Shown here: positions 16,374 through 25,458 of the stretch, in pieces
How positions within the stretch are numbered: position 1 is the stretch's first letter
How the letters are laid out: every line of letters begins with the position of its first letter
Source of the DNA: Oscillospiraceae bacterium
GTDB lineage: Bacteria; Bacillota; Clostridia; Oscillospirales; Ruminococcaceae
Direction of reading: 5' to 3'
Assembly: GCA_017439985.1 (NCBI GenBank)
Contig: JAFSIC010000028.1
Location: 996-64,995 of the forward strand
DNA length: 64,000 nucleotides
Position numbers and translations under genes: made by a program
Notes under the pieces: generated by a model
What the model saw: only the letters and a program-made list of their open reading frames with translations
Database searches by the model: none
Told to the model about the DNA's origin: nothing

Positions 16374-16402
16374 TTGACAGAGCCCTTTGCTTGTGCTAAA
16401 CT
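16374..16402 (+). promoter_or_regulatory. promoter of tRNA-Leu
   Basis: TTGACA (16374-16379), 17 nt, TAAACT (16397-16402), 18 nt upstream of the tRNA. Confidence 0.7.
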
Positions 16403-16420
16403 AATATAGCAATTGAACAA

Positions 16421-16504
16421 GCCGGCGTGATGGAATGGCAGACGTGACGGACTCAAAATCCGTTGAGGAGACTCGTGTGGGTTCAAGTCCCACCGCCGGC
16501 ACCA
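16421..16504 (+). tRNA. tRNA-Leu (anticodon CAA), long variable arm, CCA encoded
   Basis: GCCGGCGTGATGGAATGGCAGACGTGACGGACTCAAAATCCGTTGAGGAGACTCGTGTGGGTTCAAGTCCCACCGCCGGCACCA has anticodon loop CTCAAAA. Confidence 0.93.
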
Positions 16505-16743
16505 GAGAGCTCAGGTATCTTCGTGGTATCTGAGCTTTTTTCTATGTTGTGGGACTTGAACCAAAGCGGCCGAAGGCGTAAGAAAATATTCCTGTGGAAT
16601 ATTTTTAGCCTGAGCATTTTGCGAGTGTATCGAGCAAAATATCAGAGATTTGCGAAGCAAATGTCTGTCACAGTCTCACCGCCGACACCAGAATACCCCT
16701 CGGAAATTTCGCTTAGTTATGCGGTTTCCGAGGGGTTCTTTTT
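16505..16743 (+). repeat. tRNA-Leu-linked unit (terminator, inverted T-arm, hairpin scaffold, tRNA-Leu 3'-end copy, terminator)
   Basis: Terminator at 16508..16541. GTGGGACTTGAACC at 16549..16562 is the exact reverse complement of tRNA positions 16480..16493. AGTCTCACCGCCGACACCA at 16672..16690 matches the tRNA 3' end AGTCCCACCGCCGGCACCA 17/19, 186 nt after the genuine CCA. A second terminator lies at 16695..16743. Confidence 0.85.
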
Positions 16744-16848
16744 GTATAAACATGGACTACAGTACCCACTTCCGTACCCACTTTTCAAAAAACACTTGAC
16801 CACAATAGGGGAGTTCATCGTATAATAGATATAAGGAGAGTGATAATC

Positions 16849-17337
16849 ATGCCAATGGAGGGCGTGCAGCAGCCTGAAATCCTTGCGATTGATGATGAGC
16901 TGCGTCTGCGTAAATTCGATAATGAGTTTGCGTTTGCACTGGAATGGTATCAGGATTTAGAATTGGTAAAACTGGTAGATGGGGTAGATGTGCCATATTC
17001 CGAAGATAAACTGGAAAGAATGTACTGCTACCTCGATCGAATCGGTGAGCTGTATTTTATTGAAAAGAAGCTCGATGACGTTTGGACTCCGGTCGGCGAT
17101 GTTTGTATGTGGAAAACAGATATGCCGATTACGATCAGCCGCCCGTTTTGGAAACAAGGCATCGGAAAACGCTGCACCCTGCGTCTTTTGAAACGAGCAA
17201 AAGAACTTGGCTGGCAAAACTGTTTTGTCAATGAGATTTATCATTATAACATTGGTTCGCAGAGACTGTTTGAATGCTGTGGATTCCGTTTGTACGAGGA
17301 GAATGAAGCCGGCAAACGCTACCGCATTGAGCTCTAA
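16849..17337 (+). CDS. GNAT-family N-acetyltransferase
   Basis: The acetyl-CoA motif region WKQGIGKRCTLRLLKRAKELG and the C-terminal FECCGFRL are typical of GNATs. ATG 16849 lies 9 nt after AAGGAGA. Confidence 0.75.
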   Translation: MPMEGVQQPEILAIDDELRLRKFDNEFAFALEWYQDLELVKLVDGVDVPYSEDKLERMYCYLDRIGELYFIEKKLDDVWTPVGDVCMWKTDMPITISRPFWKQGIGKRCTLRLLKRAKELGWQNCFVNEIYHYNIGSQRLFECCGFRLYEENEAGKRYRIEL

Positions 17338-17354
17338 CAGAAAGGAGAATAAGG

Positions 17355-17651
17355 ATGACAATTCAATTTGAAAAAGAGAAAATGACCCTTCTCAGCGAGG
17401 AAGGGATCCCGATGGGATACATTACTTTTCCGGAAATCAAAAAAGGCTTGGTCAACATCGACCATGTGCTGACTTATCCAAAATTCCGCGGACAGGGCAT
17501 TGCGGCAAAGATGATGGAAGCTCTGCTGCAGCATTTGGATGAGCAAGACTCTAAGGTTGTTCTGACTTGCCCTTACGCACAGAATTATGTGGGAGAGCAT
17601 CCTGAATGGAGCCATCTGCTGCCGACCAATATTCATTTCGAGAAGAAATGA
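17355..17651 (+). CDS. small GNAT-like acetyltransferase (YjdJ type)
   Basis: 98 aa. HVLTYPKFRGQGIAAKMMEALLQHL followed by CPYAQNY, as in single-domain GNAT-like proteins. Confidence 0.65.
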   Translation: MTIQFEKEKMTLLSEEGIPMGYITFPEIKKGLVNIDHVLTYPKFRGQGIAAKMMEALLQHLDEQDSKVVLTCPYAQNYVGEHPEWSHLLPTNIHFEKK

Positions 17652-17747
17652 TAAATTTTTCACAGCAGGCTGCTGATATATAGACTTTCCTGAGATAAAG
17701 TGATAAAATATACAAAACATCAATTTCCGTTGAAAGGAAGCGACTGT

Positions 17748-18938
17748 ATGGATTACGTACTGTCTGACCGAATCAGCAATGTCAAACCATCCGTGGTTGG
17801 AGATATCTTCAAAATGGCTGCCGATCCGCGCATTATTGCCTTTTCTGCAGGTAACCCGGCAAAAGAAGCGTTCCCTGTGGAAGCAGTCCGCCGATGGACA
17901 GCAGAAATCATGGAGGAGGACCCTGTCGGAGCACTGCAATACTCCTTAAATGACGGCGACCCGCGCCTGCGTCAGCGTATCAAGGAGTTTCTGTTTGAAC
18001 GCTACCACATCGGCAGCGATGACGACGACATCATCATTACCACCGGTGCAGAACAGGGCTTGGATATGCTGGCAAAACTGCTCTGCAATGAGGGTGACGC
18101 TGTTCTCTGTGAAGAACCCAGCTTTGTCGGTGCGCTGAATACTTTCCGTTCCTACGGTGCTCAGCTGGTGGGTGTTCCCATGGAAGCAGACGGCATTCAT
18201 TTGAGCAAATTGGAAGAGGCTTTGCAGCAGCATCCGAATATCAAATTTATGTACCTGATTCCAAATTTCCAGAACCCAACGGGTATCACCATGAGCGAAG
18301 AAAAACGCCGCAAGGTGCTGGAACTTTCCGTCAAATATTCGGTTCCTATCGTCGAGGATAATCCTTACGGTGATCTGCGCTTTGCAGGAGAGCCTGTGCC
18401 AGCCATGAAATCCATGGATACCACAGGCAATGTCATCTATGCAGGCAGCTTTTCCAAAGTGCTTGCACCGGGTCTGCGTGTGGCCTACCTCTGTGTTCCG
18501 AAACAGCTGATGTCTGCGCTGAATACGGCAAAACAGTGCAGCGACGTGCATACAGCGATTCTGAATCAGCTGCTTTGCTATAAATTCCTGACAGACTTTG
18601 ATTTTGACGCACACATTGAAAATTGCTGCCGAATCTATAAGCAGAAATATGAACTGATGGCGGGGGAGATCGCTCGCTGTTTCAGCACAAAAGTGACAGT
18701 TACCGAACCGCAGGGCGGTATGTTCCTGTGGTGTACCTTGCCTGATGGGGCGGATATGATGGCTTTCTGCAAGGTAGCAGTCCAACGCGGTGTGGCAGTG
18801 GTACCGGGAAATGCTTTCCTGATGGACGAAGCAAAAAGCTGCCAATCCTTCCGCATGAATTACTCCTCGCTGCCCGATGAAAAAATCATCGAGGGCATTG
18901 AGATCTTAGGGCAGCTGACGAAAGAGTGGTTCGACTGA
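17748..18938 (+). CDS. PLP-dependent aminotransferase (class I/II, LysN/PatA-like)
   Basis: NPTG, the SFSKVLAPGLRVAY PLP-lysine motif and the RMNYS C-terminal motif. Start set to ATG 17748 after GAAAGGAAG. Confidence 0.85.
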   Translation: MDYVLSDRISNVKPSVVGDIFKMAADPRIIAFSAGNPAKEAFPVEAVRRWTAEIMEEDPVGALQYSLNDGDPRLRQRIKEFLFERYHIGSDDDDIIITTGAEQGLDMLAKLLCNEGDAVLCEEPSFVGALNTFRSYGAQLVGVPMEADGIHLSKLEEALQQHPNIKFMYLIPNFQNPTGITMSEEKRRKVLELSVKYSVPIVEDNPYGDLRFAGEPVPAMKSMDTTGNVIYAGSFSKVLAPGLRVAYLCVPKQLMSALNTAKQCSDVHTAILNQLLCYKFLTDFDFDAHIENCCRIYKQKYELMAGEIARCFSTKVTVTEPQGGMFLWCTLPDGADMMAFCKVAVQRGVAVVPGNAFLMDEAKSCQSFRMNYSSLPDEKIIEGIEILGQLTKEWFD

Positions 18939-19195
18939 TGCCGGATAAATTTCAGAAATGGTTTGATGAAAACAGCGGTTATGCGCTGCATCATACGGGA
19001 AAACGGGCTTTTTCCCATACTGCTTGTTGCGGTGAGCCGCCGAAGAATACAGGCAAGCGGATCCTGTTTCCGATGAAAGGCCGCATGGAAGAAAAGGAAT
19101 TGTACCGCTGTTCTCACTGTGGATTACACTTTGTTCGACAGGGGGATGGCTTCTGTCCCATCGAGAATCTGCTGAAATATCCGCTGCTTCCGTAG
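18938..19195 (+). CDS. hypothetical small protein with Cys pairs (possible zinc ribbon)
   Basis: 85-aa ORF whose ATG overlaps the aminotransferase stop (TGATG). It carries CC ... CSHC ... C residues. I recognise no family. Confidence 0.4.
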   Translation: MPDKFQKWFDENSGYALHHTGKRAFSHTACCGEPPKNTGKRILFPMKGRMEEKELYRCSHCGLHFVRQGDGFCPIENLLKYPLLP

Positions 19196-19213
19196 GATTT
19201 TCCGGCGTAGGTC

Positions 19214-19242
19214 TTGTGAAATCTCAGACTTTGTATTATAAT
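19214..19242 (+). promoter_or_regulatory. promoter of pfkA
   Basis: TTGTGA, 17 nt, TATAAT. Confidence 0.6.
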
Positions 19243-19296
19243 AAACGTTGGTTCATAAGAAAAATTTCTCAATCCACCAGAAAGGTGAGGACATAT

Positions 19297-20301
19297 ATGA
19301 AAGAACATCCACTTCTGAAGAGCAAACCAAAGATGATCGGCGTACTGACCAGCGGCGGCGATGCTCCGGGTATGAACGCAGCCATCCGTGCTGTTGTGCG
19401 TACCGCTATCAATAAAGGCATCCGTGTGCTGGGTGTCAATAATGGTTATCAGGGCCTGATCGACGGCGACGTTGTTGAAATGGACCTGCGTAAAGTTTCC
19501 AATACTCTGCATCGCGGCGGTACGATTCTGAAAACTGCCCGCTGCAAAGCGTTCTATAATCTGGAAGGTCAGATCAAAGGACGCAATATGTGTTTGGAAA
19601 TGGGCATTGAAGGTCTGGTCGTAATCGGCGGCGACGGTTCTTTCCGCGGTGCAAAAGCGCTGACAGCGCTGGGCATTCCAACCGTTGGTATCCCTGCCAC
19701 CATTGACAACGATATTTCCTGTACCGATTATACCATCGGTTTCCATACTGCACTGAATACTGTTATCGACGCGATCGACAGACTGCGCGACACAACTGAA
19801 TCCCACAACCGCTGCTCCGTTGTTGAGGTTATGGGTCATGGCCGCGGCGACCTGGCTCTGTATGCTTCCGTAGCAGGCGGTGGTACCGCTTGCTGGATCA
19901 ATGACCCGGACAATCGTATCGGCTTCAATGTGGAACGCGATATTATCTACAAAATGCGTACCACTCTGCGTACTGGTAAACACAACTTTATTATTGTTGT
20001 ATCCGAGGGCATCACCGATGTTCATGAGCTGGCAAAAGAAATCCAGGAGAAAACCGGCGTAGAATCTCGTGCAACCGTACTGGGTCATATTCAGCGTGGT
20101 GGTGAGCCTTGTGCGTTCGACCGTATTCTGGCAAGCCGTATGGGCTTCCATGCCGTAGAACTGCTGGAGCACGCCATTGGCAACCGTGTTATCATCATTT
20201 CCAAAGATGAAGTTACTGATATGGACATCAATGAAGCGCTGGAAATGCCGGGCAAAGTAAATTACCGTATGCTGGAAATCAACAGTGCGATCAATATTTA
20301 A
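19297..20301 (+). CDS. pfkA: ATP-dependent 6-phosphofructokinase
   Basis: GVLTSGGDAPGMNAAIRAVVR, IGGDGS and TVLGHIQRGG motifs. ATG 19297 follows AAAGGTGAGGA. An alternative start is 19333. Confidence 0.93.
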   Translation: MKEHPLLKSKPKMIGVLTSGGDAPGMNAAIRAVVRTAINKGIRVLGVNNGYQGLIDGDVVEMDLRKVSNTLHRGGTILKTARCKAFYNLEGQIKGRNMCLEMGIEGLVVIGGDGSFRGAKALTALGIPTVGIPATIDNDISCTDYTIGFHTALNTVIDAIDRLRDTTESHNRCSVVEVMGHGRGDLALYASVAGGGTACWINDPDNRIGFNVERDIIYKMRTTLRTGKHNFIIVVSEGITDVHELAKEIQEKTGVESRATVLGHIQRGGEPCAFDRILASRMGFHAVELLEHAIGNRVIIISKDEVTDMDINEALEMPGKVNYRMLEINSAINI

Positions 20302-20317
20302 TATTACAAAAAATCCT

Positions 20318-20352
20318 AACGAGCTTCACAATAGGGTGAAGCTCGTTTTTCT
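20318..20352 (+). terminator. intrinsic terminator after pfkA
   Basis: AACGAGCTTCAC-aatagg-GTGAAGCTCGTT followed by TTTTCTG. Confidence 0.8.
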
Positions 20353-20370
20353 GTTTCTGATTAAAAATTC

Positions 20371-20399
20371 TTGACAAATTTGTTGCTTTCACTTAAAAT
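20371..20399 (+). promoter_or_regulatory. promoter of permease gene
   Basis: TTGACA, 17 nt, TAAAAT. Confidence 0.65.
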
Positions 20400-20435
20400 A
20401 AGTTAAACTGAACTAACTTGCAGAAGGAGAATTTT

Positions 20436-21434
20436 ATGACGGATACAACACTTCTTCATTCTCACTCCCATGAAGAGGGGATCGGTGAATTTCTTCACCA
20501 TAGTCTGGAGGCTCTGGGACTTAGCCATGAGTGGACAGAATTTATCAGTCACATTGTGATTGACTGTGTGGAAATTGTTTCACTGCTTTTGATTGTGATG
20601 ACGGCAGTATTTTTCCTGCAAAGCTACATTGACTTTGATCGTTTGAAGTCCAAGCTGACCCAGTTGCGCAGTTTTTGGGGTTATGGGCTTGCTGTGATTC
20701 TTGGTATGCTGTCCCCATTCTGCAGCTGTTCCATTATTCCCGTAATGATCGGTCTGTTAACCATGGGAGTTCCGCTCTCCGTTTGTCTATGTATGCTGAC
20801 TTCCGCATCACTGCTGAATATGACCGCATTGATGGGTATTTCCTCTATGCTGGGACAATTTACTTTGTTGTACCTCGCAGGTTCCATTCTGCTGATTGCC
20901 GGAAGCTCAGCATTGATGTCGAGAGTTACATTTCATCCGGAGGATTTGAGTGTGGTAGAGAAGACTCATTACCATTGCTGCGACGGTTGCTGTCATGATG
21001 AAATCCCCGGATATAGCCAAGAAATGTCAATTCTGCAGCGTCTGCGGGGAGCGTTCGAGAATGCACTTTCTGTGTTGGGGTCTGCTTGGTTCTTTATTCT
21101 GCTGGGCGTCGGAATCTCCGCTGCACTGAGCAGCTTTTTCCAAATGGAAAGCATCATTCATTTTGTGGATGAAAACAGCTTTGTCTCTATAACAGTGGCA
21201 GCACTGGTTGGTTTCCCGATTCACTCCGATCTATTTTCTGCACTGCCGATTTTGAATCTGCTACTGAATATTTCCACAGCAACAGCTCTGAGTTTTTCGC
21301 TGGCGACCATGTCGATTTCGATACCAAGCATGGTGTTGCTGAGTCGTATTTTGCGTCCCAAAATCTTGTTACTCTATGCACTGAGCTTGCTGCTTCTTTC
21401 CATTGGAATAGGCTGGTTGTTGCTTTTGCTGTAA
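20436..21434 (+). CDS. predicted permease (ArsP_1/YraQ-type, CxC motif)
   Basis: Multi-TM protein with His-rich N-terminus and the LSPFCSCSIIPV motif typical of this permease family. ATG 20436 follows GAAGGAGA. Confidence 0.7.
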   Translation: MTDTTLLHSHSHEEGIGEFLHHSLEALGLSHEWTEFISHIVIDCVEIVSLLLIVMTAVFFLQSYIDFDRLKSKLTQLRSFWGYGLAVILGMLSPFCSCSIIPVMIGLLTMGVPLSVCLCMLTSASLLNMTALMGISSMLGQFTLLYLAGSILLIAGSSALMSRVTFHPEDLSVVEKTHYHCCDGCCHDEIPGYSQEMSILQRLRGAFENALSVLGSAWFFILLGVGISAALSSFFQMESIIHFVDENSFVSITVAALVGFPIHSDLFSALPILNLLLNISTATALSFSLATMSISIPSMVLLSRILRPKILLLYALSLLLLSIGIGWLLLLL

Positions 21435-21436
21435 AC

Positions 21437-21468
21437 AAAAAGACCGTTCTCATCGAACGGTCTTTTTT
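21437..21468. terminator. bidirectional terminator between convergent genes
   Basis: AAAAAGACCGTTC-tcatc-GAACGGTCTTTTTT. Confidence 0.8.
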
Positions 21469-21475
21469 CATGCTC

Positions 21476-21754
21476 TTATTTGGAGTAGCGGCTGAGCCAG
21501 ATGTCAGCCAGTTCCATCGCCTCAGCCAAGCCGTGGCGTTCTCCTTTGTTTGCAACGCGGTCTTTGATGCTGAGGGTTTCATCGGTTGCCAGCAGCTGCA
21601 GAAGGATCAAATCAGCAACTTCCTGGTCGCCCTGCATTTTTTTGCTGCGGATCTGCATCATAACAACGTAAGCGTCTTTCATACTGCCGTAGTAAATGAT
21701 ATCCCCGCTGCGAACCAGCGGTTTACCTTTATAGGTTAAAAAGTTCTGTTCCAT
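21476..21754 (-). CDS. hypothetical small protein
   Basis: 92-aa ORF with GGAGGA RBS 8 nt upstream of ATG 21754 and an extended -10 (TGTTATACT) about 70 nt upstream. I recognise no family. Confidence 0.5.
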   Translation of the reverse strand: MEQNFLTYKGKPLVRSGDIIYYGSMKDAYVVMMQIRSKKMQGDQEVADLILLQLLATDETLSIKDRVANKGERHGLAEAMELADIWLSRYSK

Positions 21755-21908
21755 AGTCAAAATCCTCCATCACAATATATTCAATAAACGGGAATCCCCG
21801 AATTTCTACAAAATCTCACGAACATAGTATAACACATTTGTACGAATTGGTAAAGGGAAAAAAGGGGAAAAGAAAAAGACGATCGAAACCGATCGTCTTT
21901 GGGAAGTC

Positions 21909-22154
21909 CTAATCATTCAGATACGATTTTACCAAGATCTGCAGCAGTTCATCGCGGTCAATACGTCGGATCAGACTGCGGGCATTGTTGTATGTGGTGA
22001 TGTAAGTTGGATCCTCAGACAGGATATAACCAACGATCTGATTGATCGGATTGTAGCCTTTCTGACGCAGAGCATCATAAATGGTGGTCAGAATTTTCTT
22101 GATCTCTTTCTCTTTATCTTCGTGAATGGAAAAGGAAATAGTCGGTTGATTCAT
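21909..22154 (-). CDS. ireB: IreB-family regulatory phosphoprotein (UPF0297/YrzL)
   Basis: ILTTIYDALRQKGYNPINQIVGYILSEDPTYITTYNNARSLIRRIDRDELLQILVKSY is the hallmark UPF0297 sequence. Confidence 0.85.
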   Translation of the reverse strand: MNQPTISFSIHEDKEKEIKKILTTIYDALRQKGYNPINQIVGYILSEDPTYITTYNNARSLIRRIDRDELLQILVKSYLND

Positions 22155-22257
22155 GGTCATACTCCTCCTTTGGTACTAACTAATATCTATGATACAACAT
22201 TTCCACGAAAAAATCAACAAAGAAGTGATGCGTTTCGTGAAAAAATTGTGGAAAGGA

Positions 22258-23109
22258 CTACAACTCAGGATAATTTCCCAAAAACTTCAGGGAAATCAGA
22301 TCCATCGGCAGACGTCCCATGGCAGCCTGAACATTGTCGTCCTCATAGTTACCGGAAAAATCGCAGTAAAAGACAAACTCAAAAGGACTATCCGGGATAG
22401 GGCGGCTTTCCAGTTTCAGCAGGTTGATGTTGCGCTGCGCGAAATGATTCAGCGCATGGATCAGAGAGCCGGGACGATGACTCAGACGGAAGACCATACT
22501 CATGCGCGTACATTCCGGAGTGCAGATATTTTCACGGCTGATAACAAGGAAACGGGTGAAATTTTTCTTGCGGTTCTGAATGCCTTGGGCGTGAATGACC
22601 AGTCCATACTTTTCCGCGCAGGCAAAGGAGCCGATGGCGGCAAGAGAAGGGTCCTTCTGTTCTGCAACAAACTGTGCCGCAGCGGCAGTGTTGGAAAACT
22701 CTCTGGCATTTAGTTGACGATTGGCTTTGAAAAAGTCGCTGCACTGATGCAGAGCCTGTGGGTGAGAGAGAACGGTTTGAAGCTGTTCCGGCTCAGCATC
22801 TGGCAGGGTCAGCAGGCAATGATCCACAGGGATCGTCACAGAGCCGACGATGGAAAGATTGTGCTCCAACATCAGATCATAGTTTTCTGTCACAGAGCCG
22901 GCCAGCGTATTCTCGATCGGAATCACACCATAAGGACAATCCCCATTGGCAACTGCAAGGAAAACATCCTCAAAGTTCGGGTAAAAATGAATGTGCGGTT
23001 GTATGAAAGCCTGATTGCAGGCGATACTGGCGTAAGAGCAGTCTACACCCTGACAGGCAACAGGCAATGAGCCCTCTTCATTGCCGCAGAGAATGCAGTC
23101 TAATTTCAT
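22258..23109 (-). CDS. pheA: prephenate dehydratase
   Basis: PDT domain (YGVIPIENTLAGSV, TRFLVI) plus C-terminal ACT domain (ESRP). The ATG overlaps the aroC stop as ATGA. Confidence 0.88.
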   Translation of the reverse strand: MKLDCILCGNEEGSLPVACQGVDCSYASIACNQAFIQPHIHFYPNFEDVFLAVANGDCPYGVIPIENTLAGSVTENYDLMLEHNLSIVGSVTIPVDHCLLTLPDAEPEQLQTVLSHPQALHQCSDFFKANRQLNAREFSNTAAAAQFVAEQKDPSLAAIGSFACAEKYGLVIHAQGIQNRKKNFTRFLVISRENICTPECTRMSMVFRLSHRPGSLIHALNHFAQRNINLLKLESRPIPDSPFEFVFYCDFSGNYEDDNVQAAMGRLPMDLISLKFLGNYPEL

Positions 23110-24215
23110 TGAAGATCCCACCTTTTGTCAGAGGATAACAGAATGTCCAGCAGGACGAGAGCGGCAGCAGCTTCCACCACAGGCAGTGCACGGCGCACGA
23201 TACAAGGGTCGTGGCGTCCGACGATATTGAGGGTCACTTCCTCTTTGTTGATAAAATCCACTGTCCTTTGCTCACGGGCGATGGAAGGGGTCGGCTTAAA
23301 GGCACAGCGGAACACGAGAGGCATACCCGTCGTAATACCGCCGAGGATACCACCGTTGTGATTGGTCTCGGTCATGATGTCGCCATCCCGCAGAACAAAC
23401 ACATCGTTGGCCTGGGAGCCCCTCATGGAGGAAAGCTCAAAACCACTGCCGAATTCCACGCCTTTGACGGCAGGGATAGAGAAAAGCAGAGAAGCCAGCT
23501 GACTCTCCACCGAGTCGAAAAGCGGATCGCCATAGCCGCCTGGAACACCCAGAACAGCACATTCGATCACGCCGCCTACGGAGTCTCCTTCCGCGCGAAC
23601 TGCGGCGATATGCTCCTGCATCTGCTGAGATTTTTCTTCCTCCAAGGTTGGGAAGAAGCTATCGTTCAGTTTTGCAGCAAGCTCATCATTCAGCTCATCA
23701 AGAGAGAAGCGTCGTTCCTTGATCGGACCGACCTGCTGAATGTGCGCACAGACAGAGATGCCCTTTTCTGCAAGAAGCAGCTTAGCCAATGCACCGGCAA
23801 AACAAAGAGGAGCCGTTAGACGGCCGGAGAAATGGCCGCCGCCGCGAATGTCGTTGTACCCGTCATAACGGAGAAAACCGCTGTAATCGGCGTGTCCGGG
23901 TCGTGCAATGCGTTCAAACAGGCTGTAATCCTTGGACTGTGTGTTGTTGTTTCGGATGAGCGCACAAATCGGAGTACCGCAGGTTCTTCCATTGAGAAGT
24001 CCGCTCTGAATCTCCGGAATATCTGCTTCTTTTCGGGCGGTGTCGGTCGCAGCGCCGGAGGAACGGCGGCGTCCCATGAAAGCAAGGACTTGTTCCCAGT
24101 CGATTTTTTGACCGGCAGGGAGGCCGTCAACGATCACACCGATGCTTTCGGAGTGGCTTTCGCCCCAGATACTGATTTTCAAATGCTTACCCCAGCTGGA
24201 TGCCACGGACAACAC
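23106..24215 (-). CDS. aroC: chorismate synthase
   Basis: WGESHSESIGVIVDGLPAG, RPGHADY and GGGHFSGR motifs. The start is uncertain: ATG 24215 overlaps aroA by 29 nt, and TTG 24182 is an alternative. Confidence 0.9.
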   Translation of the reverse strand: MLSVASSWGKHLKISIWGESHSESIGVIVDGLPAGQKIDWEQVLAFMGRRRSSGAATDTARKEADIPEIQSGLLNGRTCGTPICALIRNNNTQSKDYSLFERIARPGHADYSGFLRYDGYNDIRGGGHFSGRLTAPLCFAGALAKLLLAEKGISVCAHIQQVGPIKERRFSLDELNDELAAKLNDSFFPTLEEEKSQQMQEHIAAVRAEGDSVGGVIECAVLGVPGGYGDPLFDSVESQLASLLFSIPAVKGVEFGSGFELSSMRGSQANDVFVLRDGDIMTETNHNGGILGGITTGMPLVFRCAFKPTPSIAREQRTVDFINKEEVTLNIVGRHDPCIVRRALPVVEAAAALVLLDILLSSDKRWDLQ

Positions 24216-25458
24216 CTCCTAAACGTGCAAATTCTTCATAAAACTGCGGATAGGACTTCTTCACGCAATTTGGATTTTCAATGATAACGGGTTCCTGACA
24301 GCGCAGCGATGCGATGGCAGCGGACATAGCGATGCGATGGTCGTTGTAACTGTCAACAGTACCGCCGATAAGGGTGGAACCGTGAATCACAAGCCCCTCG
24401 GCTTCTTCTTCAACAGAAGCTCCAAGTTTCTGTAAAATATTGCTGACAGCAGAAAGGCGGTCGCTTTCCTTGATACGCAGGCGGCCTGCGTTGATAATGT
24501 GTGTCGTACCTTCCGCGCAGGCAGCAACAACGGAAAGGATCGGAATAATATCGGGGATCTGACTGCCATCAATGGTGATACCATGGAGTTTTCCACCGTG
24601 AACGCTGACAGAATCAGTTCCATAGCAGACTTCAGCACCCATCTGTGCCAAAATATCACAAACAGCTTTATCGCCCTGCAGGGAGTTGGACTGTATGCCA
24701 TGAACAGTGACAGCTTCGCTGATCGCACCGGCACAAAGCCAAAAGGCGGCGTTTGACCAGTCGCCCTCGGCGGATAATTCGGCAGGAGAATGATACCTCT
24801 GACCGCCGGGAATGGTGTATAGCTGCGGGTTTTCCACATGAATGGTAATGCCGAAGCGACGCAGAACCGAGAGGGTCATATCCACATAAGCCTGCGATTC
24901 CAATGCTGAAGTCAAAAGGATTTTGCTGTCGCCGTCACAGAGCGGCAGAGCCATCAGCAGACCGGTGATGTATTGGCTGCTGATGTTACCGGGGAAGGTA
25001 TAGACACCAGAGGTCAAGCGGCCGCTGATATGAAAAGGAAGTAATTCTGCTGAAAAATTGGTGCCGTGTGCTTTCATTTCATCCATCAAAGGGGTGATGG
25101 GGCGCTGCGGCAGTCGTCCTTGGCCGCTGAAACAGCAATCCGCACCCAGAGCAGAAAGAACAGGCAACAGAAAACGCAGGGTTGAACCGGATTCGCAGCA
25201 GTCGGCATGAAAAGCGGAATGAAGGTCTTTCATACCGTGAATCTCAATGGAATCCTGATGGAACTGTATCGTTGCACCGGCAGCCTCCATGATCGAAGCG
25301 GTAGCACGGATATCGTCGTTCATGGTATAGCGATGAATGATGGTTTGTTCGCCGAAGCAGAGAGAGGCAGCAATGATCAAACGATGGAGATCGGATTTGG
25401 AAACAGGCGCCAGTATCTTTCCGCTGAGGGAACCATGTACAGAATAGTGCATAATCAT
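24187..25458 (-). CDS. aroA: 3-phosphoshikimate 1-carboxyvinyltransferase (EPSP synthase)
   Basis: PVSKSDLHRLIIAASL, LRIKESDR and DHRIAMS motifs, 423 aa. Confidence 0.92.
   Translation of the reverse strand: MIMHYSVHGSLSGKILAPVSKSDLHRLIIAASLCFGEQTIIHRYTMNDDIRATASIMEAAGATIQFHQDSIEIHGMKDLHSAFHADCCESGSTLRFLLPVLSALGADCCFSGQGRLPQRPITPLMDEMKAHGTNFSAELLPFHISGRLTSGVYTFPGNISSQYITGLLMALPLCDGDSKILLTSALESQAYVDMTLSVLRRFGITIHVENPQLYTIPGGQRYHSPAELSAEGDWSNAAFWLCAGAISEAVTVHGIQSNSLQGDKAVCDILAQMGAEVCYGTDSVSVHGGKLHGITIDGSQIPDIIPILSVVAACAEGTTHIINAGRLRIKESDRLSAVSNILQKLGASVEEEAEGLVIHGSTLIGGTVDSYNDHRIAMSAAIASLRCQEPVIIENPNCVKKSYPQFYEEFARLGGVVRGIQLG

Noticed and set aside
16545-16825. Basic peptide (MLWDLNQSGRRRKKIF...) inside the tRNA-Leu-linked unit, by analogy with the small basic Tpr peptide of the E. 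coli tyrT repeats.
   Set aside because: There is no Shine-Dalgarno sequence, and the start lies in a terminator T-tract. The frame crosses two terminators and the next promoter.
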